A DNA stretch of 62,659 nt, the filler included, from Diploschistes diacapsis (Eukaryota), in NCBI GenBank assembly GCA_023645945.1. It is 11 parts of 11 records of this genome, joined end to end, with 100 filler letters (N's around TTAATTAATTAA, not from the genome) between each part and the next. Parts side by side here need not be neighbours in the genome. Positions count along the whole stretch, not along the records: positions 1 to 23,146 come from JALAIB010000269.1; 10 more parts are not named here. The stretch is one strand, 5' to 3'. Positions within the stretch are counted from its first letter, which is position 1, and each line of letters opens with the position of its first letter. Positions 1-14,000 of this stretch are shown piece by piece. A program made the position numbers and the translations under genes. The notes below the pieces were generated by a model, which did no database searches, was not told the origin of the DNA, and saw nothing but the letters and a program-made list of their open reading frames with translations.

Positions 1-603
1 CCTTTATAATTAATAACGCCTGGGGATAGATAATATACGTTAATAAAAATTATAGACGGAAACGAGTCTTTAAAATAAAATAATATCGATTATTATAACG
101 ATTACGTTTTTTTATAGAATCTAAAAATATATTTAAATAAAAATACCGTTAAAAGAAATTTAAAAAGACGATAAGATCTATTATAAAAAAAACAACGGGT
201 ATTCTTTTAAACAAATCAGCGAAAGAAATAAAGATCGAAGTGAATATTAACTGAAAAAGGCATTATCGCGCTTATAAGAGACACAAGCATCTGGAAAAGG
301 GGGTAATGAGATAGATCAGCCTAGGCGTGCCAAGCCACCGGGGTCACGTGACGGCAGGGTCACATGACGGGTACCAATCGTGCTAAGGATGTTAGGGGGT
401 AACTGTGTAGGCGGGTAGGACCCGAACCCCGTAGGGCTGGCACTTACATATTATTTATTCCTGCCACCTTCCCATCTAGATAATTTCCTTTCTAGCTTTT
501 CGAATCGAGACCTTTTATCTGTAGATGCCTAGCTACACGTAATCCTTCCGGATCAGGCCCAGCCCCCGGTAGTGTAGTATTCCATTCCTGCGCTGGCGTT
601 TCA
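1..603 (+). mobile_element. 3' end of a RIP-degenerated LTR retrotransposon (internal remnant, polypurine tract, 3' LTR)
   Basis: AT-rich, stop-riddled 1-290; purine tract GGAAAAGGGGG (293-303) just before a TG...CA LTR at 307-603 that recurs at 56193-56489. Confidence 0.8.
307..603 (+). repeat. 297-bp LTR (copy 1, 3' LTR)
   Basis: TGAGA...TTTCA termini; same length as and closely similar to 56193-56489, differing mostly by C>T/G>A; internal direct repeat GGGTCAC(G/A)TGACGG x2. Confidence 0.9.
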
Positions 604-1124
604 TTAGATTTATTTTTGTTATATAGTTCTTTATCAAATGCGACTAAACTACGAAAGATTAATAAAGAGTTTAATTAGGCGTTGCGAGCCGTTTTAAAAT
701 TAATTAATTTAATTCGACGTTATTTAAATCGAGTAATCCGTATGTTTAAATTGACGTATATTAAGTTTATAACGTTTCGTAAAAAAAACCGAAAGTAAAA
801 AACGCTTTTAAATAATCGTAAAAAACGTAAATTAAATAAACGAATCGAATTAAAAGATCGTTTTATATTTAATATAAACGAAGTTTTTAAAATAGTAATT
901 CGGATTAAATCGAATCGAATAATTTCGAAACGATTTATAACGCGTAAAAAACGTCGTCGCATTTTTGAAATCGAGAAAGATAAAAAGGAAAAAAATAGAT
1001 TCGATTTAGATCGATTAGATTCTGATTGCGACGAATAGATTGTATTTAAAAACCGTAGAATGTTAACGGTAGTGATTTGAGGTAGCCGGATTCTAGGGGT
1101 GGCCGGACTCACCGTCAAACACGT
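604..1124 (+). mobile_element. 3' part of a Fot1/pogo (Tan1/Vader-like) DNA transposon with right TIR, RIP-mutated
   Basis: 604-870 aligns by eye with 60585-60848 (transposase C-terminus); ends GGTGGCCGGACTCACCGTCAAACACGT followed by TA, the inverse of the ACGTGTTT...GGCCACC left TIRs at 25368, 58022 and 59239. Confidence 0.85.
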
Positions 1125-1126
1125 TA

Positions 1127-1946
1127 TATATAGGGATATTATTTTGCAAAAAAGTTTGTTTAGGCTCGTAAATTTAATGCATAATATCGCGTAAAAGTCG
1201 ATAATATGTTTCGGCGGTAACTATTCGTTTATTTATATAATATTCGTCGAAGAAATATTACACAACGCGCTCGTTTATTTTTATAAAAACGACTATTATA
1301 ATATTTTTCTTGTTTTTAAATTTAGTAGCGACATGTTCGTACAACCATTACTCTTCGGAATGCTTTTAAATTTATTATCGTATCTTACCGCTGTTAATCT
1401 GTATTAAATATTCATTTATTTATTAAATATTAATCTAATTTTTGGTACGTCAGCTTTTATATACTCTAAAATATTTTAGGCGTTTTATAGTATCTTTAAA
1501 ATCTAAATAAAGGCGCTAACGCTTTCGATATTTTTTAAAAAATGGGTCGATTTCGGCGAATTTTCGACGGATAGTATTTTTATTAGTAAACATTATTTCG
1601 AATAATTCGTGTTATTGTATGTCTAGCTGTCTTTTGGCGCGTCGATAGAGCTTATTTTTTTAATTTTCGGTAGTAGTTCGGGGTCGTTTTAAGCGATCGA
1701 GATTATACTGCTTATTATCGCGCTTTAAAGCTTTCTTTTTAGTATATTGGGCTGTAGAATAGGGAATATTGAGCTTTTGGGTAATATCTTTAAGAATATT
1801 ACCGTTATAGAGGGCGCCGAGGAGCTCCGAACGCTCGAAGGGCTTCAAACGGCGTTGTGGTGGCATAATTAAAAGAATAATAGCAAGAGTTGAATGTTTA
1901 TTTACTACCGCTTATGGTGGACCTAACTACTTTTGGCCTAGTACTG
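1127..1946 (-). mobile_element. Tc1-type transposon, 5' part, RIP-degenerated
   Basis: Minus-strand end TA-CAGTACTAGGCCAAAAG resembles Tc1 CAGT termini; ORF 1660-1866 looks like a transposase HTH N-terminus (LNIPYSTAQY...RPRTT, i.e. degraded GRPR). Left boundary approximate. Confidence 0.65.
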
Positions 1947-2328
1947 TACATGCCGAGTCTCTCTGCAGCTTCTATTGTCTACGCTACGTCGCCTTATAGG
2001 GCTGTACAACAGACGTCGAAGATCCACGACAATACGTTAGATTTTGTGGTAACTTACAAGCAATATCCGTAGATTTGATTGGAATCCGCGCTCCAAATCT
2101 CTTAGATGCGGAACCAATACTACCCGCCTGGCGCCACACTTCCCCAGTTCCTGAACTGGCAAAAGTATCGTGCATGTTTGTACAGCTTACAGCTTACACG
2201 TTGCAATGCAATGCGAGGTACCAAGGTGCATGTTAGATAAGTCAAATTGGTAAACCGTAAAACAGTCTTTCAGGATAGCAAATATGTGATGTACGGAGAA
2301 AGACGAAAAAGATCGCTGATTGGGTATC

Positions 2329-4495
2329 TCAAGGTGAATCTTTCCACACATCCGGGTTGTCCATGTCTCCGTAATGCGCACGACCTGTGTCATCTCGTTC
2401 TGCATCATCCTCCCTCTCGCCTTCATCAGATGCGATAGCCTGATGGTCTGGATTTAGCCTTTCAGGTTCGAAGCCATGCCTGATGTCTTCTCCTTGATCG
2501 TCATCGCCATATGTCCGTCTGCATACTTGGTTAGCCAGACCCTGTACGTTAATGCAACTGAATGTTAAACATACACAAAGTGTTCGGGTTGATCGAGGTT
2601 CCAATCCGCGCCTCCTTCTTTCCTTGCTCTGACCCTCTCTGCCTCTTCAGCCGCGTCGTCTTTGACGGTCAGATCGACCAGCTGGCTTCTGCCCGATTTC
2701 GAGGAGCTCGAAGAGCCTTCCTGGATCAGGTCTTCAACAACCGGCGCCCTGGTCTTCGACTTTGATTTCTTGTCTCCTCCACTACTCGAGCTTTCCCGGC
2801 GCTTTCCCTTCGTCAGTCTTTCCTCAATGTCCTTCTTTCGCTTCTTCTTATTGCCGTGTGTCGGGTGGAGAATGTTCCGATTGGCCGATGTAGTGAGTAT
2901 AGAAGGTTCAGAGCTATACCACCTCTCTCCTGAAGGAACGTGGGCTGTTATCACCGGGTACTGCATGTGAATTAGCCAGCACAGGTACGTAGGGATACAT
3001 TAGTACACACATTCCAGTCGCCGTACTCCAACACCCTGGCGCTTTCGTACAACCTCTCTTCTTCTGCGTCGATGGAGGCAAAGTGCAGTCCGTCAGCTTC
3101 GTCTCCGTCTCTTGCCCCGTGGCTCTTGGTTCTCTCTGAACCCCCTTCTGTGATTGGCCCGGCACTAAGTAGTGGTGTGCGGCTGTTTACTTCGCCGGGC
3201 TTTGGAATCCAGTACTTTCCTTTCCCATACTTGGAGTACCTCATCCCCTCTTGCATACGTGCCATTCGAGAGTCTGACCCCTCGTGTGTTATGACATTAT
3301 CCGTGGTGTCAAAGGTGCGGTATTCATAATGTTGGCCAAAGAATGTCTCTTTGCTGTCCTGCATCAGATCAATCACCCCAAAAGCATCCCGAAGGGCGAA
3401 TTTGACAGGCATCCGTGCAGCGGAAATTGTATTGTCGGCATAGTCATGCCACGAAAAGGCGTACCAGTGTCCAAGTGCAAACAGTGGCATCTCACAGCAT
3501 ATCAGAGCATCCTGAATCGCAGCAGCCAAGTTGTCTGCTGTATAATTCGGCACATCGGTTGGGATCGCGCCAAGCCATTGTAGGATGGATAGGAAAAAGC
3601 CTTGCCAGTATGATGCAAAGATGATCAACTTGATGCACAGGAATTTCGGTACGGGTCTGAAAGGCTGGAGATCTGACGACATACAGACCCAAAACATTGC
3701 TAAGGAATAGAGACTCACGCAGACGCTGATGTTGTACAGTAGCCCAGCCCACAAGTAGCCCGCGTCGATTCCTAGATAGCCTTCGTGATAGACATCCGTA
3801 GCCTTCATCACGATAGTAGCAATCCCTAGTGCCGGCTTTATCCAAGCATATTGGAGGATCCCGCGCTTAAGGGCCAAAAAGGTATGAGGATCTGAGATGT
3901 CGATTTTTGGAAGGCAATGATTCATCGGCCAAGCGTGCGAGACGGGTGCTCTTCCGTTAGTCATGACAATCACGGATCGCTCGCCGCCGAGGAAATTTAT
4001 GAGTAGCTGAAAAAAGGTATAGATTGTGAATGCCTAAGAAGCATGAGCAAAGAAGCTCGGAATTTTTGACCACCATACCTCATAAATGTCACGCAGAGGA
4101 TCGACATAGAAAGCAACCCTCAACGAAATAAGGCTCGCCCACGAGGCGGCGGAGTAGATCGGGACCCTGTCATTGTGGTTCAGTAGCGAACATTACGCCG
4201 GCTCTTGTATGCTCACATGAGGAGGATTCGGATCACGTAACGCTGGAGGAGTGGCTTCCGGTAGTTCTTTCTAGGCGGTGTTAGGTTTCTGCCATAATAC
4301 AAAGAAATCAAATGACGAACAGCTGTAACCATACTGATCTGAAGGAAAGAGTCAGTACGGGTTCTGTGCGGATACTAGGTATACAGACGCAAATGTGAGC
4401 AAAGAAGCAATCAAAGCAGCAACTCCGCATATTGTGATAGCCACACGAGAGAGCTTGTTCCCAGTTCCTCCACCAGCATCACTGCTGCTCGCCAT
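2329..4495 (-). CDS. HFL1: TMEM184/OST-alpha (DUF300) vacuolar membrane protein, Hfl1-like; multi-exon
   Basis: Spliced reading gives KNYRKPLLQRYVIRILLMVPIY, PKFLCIKLIIFASYWQG and the Atg8-binding-like segment IDAEEERLYESARVLEYGDWNYPVI; GT-AG introns traced; ATG at 4495, stop at 2329. Confidence 0.9.
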
Positions 4496-5081
4496 GCTGT
4501 TACTGTGGACGAGCGACTGCTGCCTTGGCGCCTTGGTGAGCTTCAGGGGAGCTTTCTGGCGCTCATGGGTGGCGTAGAACGTGTCGAGAGTAAAGCGTTA
4601 GAAATAGAGAACGGCAAAAAGTTGAAATACAAATTGAAAGCCTTGGATCAACCATCACGAACGGTGAGAAAGTTGAAGGTGAGCATCCTCGTATACAACC
4701 ATATCAAATGACGTTCCTAACTGGAATTCTGTGACATGCATGTGCCACAAGCAACGCGGCAAATACGCCAAGCACCATGGTCGGCGAAATTTTGAATTTT
4801 CTCCGGCAGAAGCTGGGGATAATTACTAGCGTCATTCTGTCAAGTCTACAACAATCATGGTTCTCATGAATGTTTGAGAGCTTGGAGTACAAAAAATAAG
4901 TGATTATGCTGAAGCCGAGTTCTGAGATACTACAAACTCTGTTTTTGAAGGTCTCGATGTAGTCAGCTTCTCTATGTTAGCCATTCAGGCAACAATCGCT
5001 TGGACTTTGAGACTGGCCTTGCCTGTGGGCTTGCCTGTGGGCAGATGAGGGACGTTGCTGAGAAGCGATGGAAAGGACGCA

Positions 5082-8000
5082 ATGAAGGAAGACTTAGTGG
5101 CACGAGGTCTAAGTTATGGCTCCTTCAACTGGTACCTTGCGCCCTAGGATCTCACTAGCCGGTATCGTAATACTCACATGCTGTAGGCCTTTCGTGGTTG
5201 AGCTTCTCGCCTTTGCACTTGTGTAAGGCTAAATACTTCGCGGATCGTATCTTGGTCTTGCTAATTGGCTGGCATAGGGCAATTGCATTCATTTTCTACT
5301 TCAATAGAGCCCTAGCTTTCCTCGTCTCAATAGCCGTCCGAACATATACTTGGTACTACTTCCGAGCACACATCGAAATTCAAGCAATACAGATATCTCC
5401 GCTCGCGGGACGGATCTTCCTGAAAGGCGTTCGTTATCAAGGTCAAAATGAGACGATAAGCGTAAACAATGGGCATATTACCTGGAAATACTGGTTGCGT
5501 CACGTGCGCCGGGTCGACGCAGGCTCTAAGCAGCCTTCTCGAAACCTAGATGGCTCTAGCAATGCTTCTTTGCCGACTGATCACGACGGAGACGAAGACA
5601 ATGTCGGAGACTTGAACGAGAGGGCCTTCACCTCGAAGAACGAGGATTTTTCGCCTCGAATTACTGTGGATCTTCGCGGCTTGGAATGGTTTGTGTACAA
5701 CCGCAGCCCAGTATATGATGGGGTTTTGGCTGCAATACTCAAGTCTTCCGACGAAAAGAGTGGAAAGGGTGGGGGTGCCAGCTTTGCTCACGGTCATAGC
5801 CACGTGAGCTCCACATCAAGTCAGTCTACTCCCCAGGAGCGTCTAGCAAGCAAGAAAGATGCTCCTCCATCCTCGTTTGTTGGGAATGCAGAAACTCAGA
5901 AAGAACATGATAGTGGTGCTTTTTCACCATCGGGCTCTGCTACGGCTCAAAAAGTCACGTCGGATGGCACCGAATATGCTGGTCTTTCTAGCTTTATGAG
6001 GCTTCTGCCAATTGGCATACAGTGCAAAAAAGGTGCAATGGTGATGGGTAATGAACATACGCGATGTGTCTTGGTGGTTAAGTTTGATTATGCCCACGGA
6101 TTTATAGACGCGCGAAGTTCAGGGCCTCTGGACTTGTACAAGCAGAGCTTTGACTTTGAGCTTGAAAAGTTTGTCGGAAGCTTTCGAGTTAACCAGGACT
6201 ACGGAGAAAGCATATTATCGGCCGGATCACGTCTAGATCCACTCCGTACTGCTTCTGAATCCGAGATTCTGCGAACTTTGAGTCAGGAAAACACCACGAA
6301 GCATGCTTTGCACAAATTATCAAAGCTAATTCCTCAGAAGAAAAGTTCAGCTCCTTCTCCGATAAATGAGAAAGGTGTCTTCGATAATAGTGCTGCGAGT
6401 CCTTCTCTAGGTTTCCCATCCCACAAGTGGCTTGGCTTGTCTCGCTATCTCGACGAAGATGAGGACGAGCTCGTTGAACAAGAGCGCTCGAAGTCAGTGG
6501 AGTATGCTCAAGTCACTACAATCATTGATTGTCCAAAACTGGGAATGAGCTTTTTCTACGATGTTCCTGGCAAGGTCTACAACAATTCTCACCCTGAACC
6601 CCTTACTCAACCGAACAACGGTTCACAGAATATCAATGGCGGTAAACCTCCAGATTGGGGCCTGAATATTACAATTGGTGGAGGCTTAATCAATTACGGC
6701 CCATGGGCAGATCGACAACGAGCAGATTTGCAGGCAGTTTTCTTTCCCCAAGCATATGCGTTGACAAGCGCTGCCAAACCTCTCAAACCAGGACAATTGC
6801 GGCAAAGTACCCAATTCAAAATCGATATAGTTATTGATGAAGCTGTTGTTCTCCGTATTCACACCAGGGAAGAATCCAAAGACTGGAAATGGAAAGGGCA
6901 TTTTCCAAGAACTGCGGAGACACATGGCGGCAAATTTGGGGGAAATCAGAAGCAAAATAAGCATGAGAAGCAGGATTCAAATGTGGATGTTCGGCCCGCC
7001 GGATGGCTGGATCTCACTGCGGCAGCAAATAGTTACGTCTCCTATTCCATGGATATGTTTGCTGGCTCCTCGGGCTTCGAAAATAAACTGAGTCTTGATA
7101 TCCCTTCCTTAAACTTGTCCACTAGTGTAAATCATAGCTTGTTGCTTCGTTCTAGGAATCTTACAATAAGCTGTGATTTAGCTACACCTTTGCAGTGGAA
7201 CGCTCAGCGCAAGTGGATTTTCGATCTCAACTGGGAAGCTCTGGAGCTCTTCCTGCTACGGGATCACGCTTTTCTTCTCACGGACTTGATAACCGACTGG
7301 ACCACAGGGCCTCCCGCGGAATACCCTACGTTCATACCATTCCTATACGGCATCAAGCTCCGATTTCCAGCGTTCAAGATTTACCTGAACGTCAATGATT
7401 CAAACATCATAGACTCTCCTGCTGCGCTCAACGCAAACGCTTTTATGGTTCTGGGAGGCGAACTCCTGAACGCCGAACTCTCTATTCCCTTAACAAACTT
7501 TCGACCCTTGCACAACGAGATCAGCTTTTCCGCAAACGTTTCAAAACTTTATATGGAGCTGCTTACGCCTCCTTGGAACACGCTGAGTACTTTACTGAAA
7601 AGCAAGGTGATGGCCAGACTTGACGCGCTTTCCGCCACGGGATCTTACACCTATTTCACATCAACGTCGCCCTCTCAAACTGAAACATTGATAATGGACC
7701 TCCATGGAACGGCACTGACTGTGCAGCTCTTTGGATTCCTTATCCGTTATTTCATTTCGTTCCAAAAGAACTATTTCGGTGAGGACATGCATTTTCAAAC
7801 CCTGGAAGAGTATCAGCAGAGGCTCGCTCTTCCCAGCGTCGATCAGTCTGTACAACAGAACAGTCGTCATGTCAAAGCATCTAACGATTTAGATGTCATT
7901 CTAACAATCAGGGCCGACGAAGACTGCATTGTTCTTCCTTGCGGACTCTATTCAGCAGAGACTAACGTTAATATCGCCATCTCCTCGGTTCTAATAGATC

Positions 8001-11000
8001 TGCGCTTCACCAACTATTACATGGACTTGGAGATATGTGCGGCCCCTCTAGCCTTCACGCGTGGCTTAGCAGAACCTGTGACAGTACTTGCGGAATCATT
8101 GGTGTCAAATACCCAGATATTCATTGATGGGCTGTCAATATCGGGACATCGCCTGTTCGGACTTCCGCCTACTGAGCCTACCTACGTTTGCAACTGGGAT
8201 TTGGATGTTGGTCGTATAGTAGGTGAATGCACGCTCGAGTTCATGAGTGCTGTAGCGAATGCTGGCAGAGTAATCACTTTCCAATTTCGCGATACAGAGA
8301 ATGCGCTACCTAATGTTAAGCCCACCATGATACATGACGTGACTTTTCTGCGACTAGGACTAGATTCAATGAGATTATGGATGCACGTGCAAAACTCGGC
8401 GGTCCTGTTGGAAACACACCAAATTGATCTGGATTTCAACGATTGGGCAAAGCAAACTTTCTCGGAAATCGCCCATGCAAAAGCACCGCATATTCTCCTG
8501 TCTCTTGTTGACGCTGTTTCCGCGGTTAGGCAGCGGAGCAAGTCAAAGACACCAGTTTTAACGCATGGTGTCCTGCGAACTTCGGTGGATTTCCGCATGG
8601 CAGGGTCCAAGGCAAATTTCAAAAGAGAAAGAGAGCTGCAGCAAGACCACATTGAATTGCACGACTCTAGAACCAGACGAACACCCTGGCTCCGGTTTCC
8701 GAAAGGGTCGGGCATATCAACGTCAAGACAAGAACCTCATCTTAGGCCGCGACCACCAGCTATGGCTGTTCCGCCTATTCCCGAGCCCTTGCAAAGCTAC
8801 AGCCACGATACTAATTCATCGACGTTCTCGCAAGAAGAATCTGGGCACCCTTTCCTTAGTAGACACCATTCTTTCTTATATGCTGGATCAAATTCCAATA
8901 CAACTTCTGAACCTATGTTTGCACCTTCGCCTTCTAAGAGCGAGCCGATAGCCGGAAGACCGAGATTCGTTGTAGTAAACCGAGATTCGGCTGAAGCCTC
9001 GCAAAGTACGCGGAGGACAACCCCTCCGCAGTCGAGTCTAGCATTTTCCAGTCCATTCGACCGTCCGTACTTTCCCTTACAATCTACTGTGCCAGATATT
9101 AGCGGTCTACCGCTCGATCTCCTTCCACTAAACAATGGCGACGACATCGACCATCACACAGTCTCCGACACTCTGGGCGAAGATGGATGGGAAGCACCTG
9201 AAGACGACACTGCTCGTACAAACCTGTTCCTTTCTTTTGGCCCTGGAGTGCAGGCATATTGCAGTTCAGAAGCTGTCGCAACTATCAACGATATCATCTC
9301 TTGTCTACAGCCTCGTAATCCAGAACAGATTTTGGACGACATCCAGATGCTGTCGGTGTCAAGCGTTCTAAGCGAGATATCAAAACAGAAGTCCATTTCC
9401 ACCAGTCTGCAATTACATCTGAGCGTACCTGCAATAGCTGCAAGACTTATCGACTCAACCCAAGGCGTTCGAAATCCTACGCATTGCCAAGCATACGAGC
9501 TAAGTGCATTCGATTTACGAACAATTGCTCGATTTGAGGATGGAACACAGCAACGTCAGTCAGCGGGCGTAGAAAAATCAGTTTTAGGGCATGGATTGTT
9601 GCGAAGAGCCCGACTAACTGTCAAAGGACAGGCTAAAGGCACTTTGGACCAACAAACCCGGTTGGATGTCATCTTCAATAACTTGACTGTCTGGCTGGCT
9701 CGGGGAATCCTTATTTCAAGTCAATTACGGATTAAGGGAGTAGAAATCATAAGCCTGAATCGGAGGGTTGAATACTTGTCAGCTCTGCTCAGTGGTGCGA
9801 CCGAACTGTTGCAAGACTTCATTAATATATTCGCACAAACAATTACTTCACAAAAAAGGAGATTACAAATATTAGTACGCAGCCTCGCCACTGAACATGC
9901 AGTTTCAGCAGGCCCTATGTTCCTAACGACTGTGTCTTACGTTCTGCGGGCGGCTTCGAGCCATCTTCGTAACACTGATACCTGGAAAATCATCTCCCGC
10001 CTTAGATTCATATACATGAGCTTGTCCACGGAAGACCAAATTAGGTTGAAGTCGCAATGGCATGAGTCATTCCGTCCGTCCCTCGAAAATGAAGTAGAGA
10101 TGATTTCGATTTCTCTTAACAGATGGCGCGCCTGGGATTTGGTGCAGGTAAAAACGAGTGCTTTCATGCAAGAAATATACGGGGCAGATTTGTCAAAGAC
10201 AACATCTGCGTTTGCTGCGTCGTCTTTCTCTCTCGGGCTCAACCTTGGCTCTTTTAAAGCCATAATCGACCCTGGTCCGGAGCAGAACGAGATTGAAGTC
10301 AAACAGCTGTTTATCTCGGTGGATTCGTCACTTCGTCATATAAAGGCACAAGATTCAAGGGACCATAGCAAACGTCTCTCCACAATTGCGTTGTACTGTG
10401 ACTCGACTTCCATACATCTCAATTGGGAACTCTGTGAGATCGTTGTGAATATCTTGGATTTATTATACGCTCCCAAGCCTGGGGGTGACAGTTCTGTGGC
10501 TGCTCCCCAGGATATGATTGTAGAGCAACAAGATACTGGACTTCCTCAAGTTCTAAATAGCTTGCAATTCGTGCTCGCGCTTGAAAATATTGATTTGGGG
10601 TTCAAAAGCATTAATATAATGGTCAACTCGCTGAGTCAGTCCGTCAAAGCCTCTCTACTGGTAGATCAAGTCTCGGCCACAGAAACCACCATGAACGCTG
10701 TTCTTAGCGCACAGCTAATAGCTACACAAGTTTCGAGCCACCTACGATCTCTAGCCCTTGTCCAGATAGTATATCCCTCCGTGAACGGCTTCTTGATTTT
10801 ACGAGATGGCTCTCAACAGCAACTGAGAACATGGAAGGGTGGTGCCTTCTGTACTAGAATCGGTCTAGAAGTGCATGAAGATGCTCTTGGCCTGCTTGGC
10901 GTAGCTGATATGCTGCTAAGGGATGAGCTATCCTACCTAAAGCAGAAGAAGGCATCAATTCCAGCTAAGCTTGTGGCACAATCAGAAACACACCAGCCTA

Positions 11001-14000
11001 CACAAATCCACAAATCCGTTGCAAATGATTTACACGTCACTCTTCTCCTTGAAGAGTATAGCATCAGCACTGTATTACTGTCCTCTTTGAGATATGTTGT
11101 TCGTGGAAACGTCGCAAGAAGCATAGTCAGATCGCTTGCTGCTCCAAAGAAAGGTATCTTGGCTGATTTCGACATCAAACAGCATTACCATTCTCTCGAG
11201 AACAATAGCAATCTGTCTAGGGAAGAGGTTTCCGGGTTCATTTTGCCTCCCATGAACGGCTATATAAATTTAAGTATAGGTCACAACAGACCTTCTGTGA
11301 CGATCTCGATGGCCCTGGAGAGAATATCAGTGAAAGCTTTGGCGCTGTACTACATCACAAGTACGTTATCTCGACAGGAAATCTCTCGTTTTCGTCAAGA
11401 TGTAGTTCGAGACTCTGAGATCGTCAAAACAAACTACAAGAATCTGCTGAGGCGCTCTTCCGGCATTGTGAAGCCATCTCAGGCAGACACTGCACCTGCG
11501 TTGAATTATAAAGTCAATCTTATCGCAAATGGGCTCGTCATCACGGCTACCACCGGCAAGTCATCCAAGCAAGCAGCCCGATTATCGCTTGAGCTTGAGT
11601 CTATATCCCTCCGAATGATCAATTATGAACAAAACAAGTGGCACAAACTTCTGTTCCCAGAGATTAGCGCTAACTTTAAGACAATAAAGATACTTCTCGA
11701 GCGCTACGACGGCAAGGTTGGGCGTTCATGTGGCGATTTCACCATAACAACTTCCTTTGTTGGGACCTCGAAGCCTAATGATGAAGGAAGGACTGTCAGG
11801 TCTTTTGAAGCTTCAATTCATGGTCCGGAGATCAATCTCTTCGCTGATACTGCGCCCATCGTGGTGGATATCCTCGGCTATATCCAACAAAGATTCAAAA
11901 GCTTCAGTATATCAGAAGAATTCCATACATTCCGGGCACGTCGACATCGCTCCAAATCTCAAGCAAGACTTCATTTGTCCAGTCCTTCCACTGAGAGTGA
12001 GGACTTAGAGCTTACCGCAATTTTGTTCAATTCGATGTATGCACTAGAAATCAAGGATATTCAAGTAAGCTGGCGGGTCGGTGACCTGATGCCTATCTCT
12101 CCGGGTCATGAACTCGAAGATCTCATCTTCTCAATCGAGCGAATCCATTTATCTACTAGAAAAACTAGCGCCGCTCGGCTTCTGATTGGCAATTTGCAAC
12201 TTCAGATGGTTCCAACTTCCCAATCGAGCCGAATGCGCTCAAAAAATTCTGCATTGCTGCCAGAGGTTGTGTTCAATGCAGCCTATCTGTCTACCTCAAA
12301 AGATAGACGTCTAGCTTTCCAGGCAGTAGGCAAGTCGGTGGATCTCCGACTAACGCCCAACTTCGCTGCTCCAGCAAGCGACCTGCAGCGTTCAATCGGA
12401 CATGCTACGGAAGATCTGCGGAAAGTCATTGCAGGGTGGAACGCCTCATTTCTCCAAGACGAGCAGCAGAGCAAAAAGCTATTTGGTAATAAAAGACTGT
12501 CTTCTGTTCTGATAGATGCCGACTTTGCAGGAGCTGTGGTACATCTTCAAGGAAGTGAGAACGTGAAGACACCCACGAGTGCATACTCTCCCCAGCAGAC
12601 ATTTCTACCATTCTCGCCCGGCGATATGTCTTTACAGAGTCCAACAGACTCGTCGCATAGCGTCGTTCTGCGTACGCCAGGAATTGCCTTCAAAATCGAA
12701 TATCAAGATCTTGAAGATCCTGAACCCTCGCTGAACGCGGAGGTCAAGGTTGACGCATCATCCAATACACTACAGCCTACAATCGTGCCGTTAGTTCTAG
12801 CACTTACCTCCAGCATTCAAGAGATTGTTCAAAGGAAAGGTGAAACTCCTCAAAGCGCAGTTACGAGGATAAATCCCACTAAGCCATTAGGCGAAGATTC
12901 TATTCGGGCAACGGATCCCGCTGCAATATTAGGCAATTGCAGACTCAATCTAGGGCTCAGAATCTGCAAGCAAAGATTTGGCCTGACCTGCCAACCAATA
13001 GCCAAAGTGGCAGCTGCGGCAGAGATCGAGGATATCTACATCACTATCAATACTGTTCAAAGCGATGACCAGAATCGGTTCTTTGCTCTCTCAGCAAAGA
13101 TAACCCGATTACAAGCCTCGGTGCAACATGCCTACTCTCAGGAGTCAACAGGGAGCTTCGTCGCGGAGGTCATCGAGCTATCATTGATGAACAGCCGACA
13201 TATCAGCGATCTTGAGGGAATGTCTGCCATCCTAAATCTTGGTCCGATGAAAGTTGTCGTAAATGCTAGGCAATTGCATGATTTCTTCTTGTTTCGTGAG
13301 CTTTGGCTACCCAGAGACATATTCCAACAGAACGCCCGACCCCCACCATCAACACTCGAAGCTCACCCTATCATGGTACAACGCTATCAACAGGTGGCGG
13401 CAGCGAGTCCTTTCCCCTGGAATGCGACAATATCGATTGCTGAACTTAACGTTGAGCTAGATCTAGGTTCCTCCCTGGGCAAGGGTTCGTTACAAACCAA
13501 GAAATTGTGGACCTCGTCAAGAAAACTTTCGAAATGGGAACAAACTCTTTGTTTGGGCTTCGATTCAGTCACTGTTGAGTCAGTCGGGAGACTCAGTTGC
13601 TCTATTGGGTTACAAAATATGCGTCTTCGAACGTCCATCAAGTGGCAGGAAACGGACGTTATGAGCAAGCAGACACCTCTCATTCAAGCTTCGATCGGCT
13701 TTCAAGACATGCACCTCAAGGCGGCATTTGAATATCAAACCATTCTTGTTGCAACCTTCTCAGCTCTTGACTTCATCATGTATAATGTTCGTGATGGCAG
13801 ATATAACTTTGCCGACAGACTAGTTTGCATGGTCGAGGGCGACCAAGTCCAAGTATACTGCACAACTCAAACGTCAGCGCAAGTCGTAGCACTTTCTCAG
13901 GCATTTCAGCGCCTGGTTCAGGAGAAGAAGCAGGCATACGAAAACTCCTTGAAGGACATTCGAAGATTCTATCGCACCGAGGATGCAAAGGGTCCATTAC

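Noticed and set aside
720..1118. I/F/N/K/R-rich ORFs in AT-rich DNA (also 37348-37728, 59651-60042)
   Set aside because: Chance frames in RIP-mutated transposons, not genes.
5017..5042. CTTGCCTGTGGG direct duplication upstream of CSF1
   Set aside because: A two-copy micro-duplication explained by slippage; no functional evidence.
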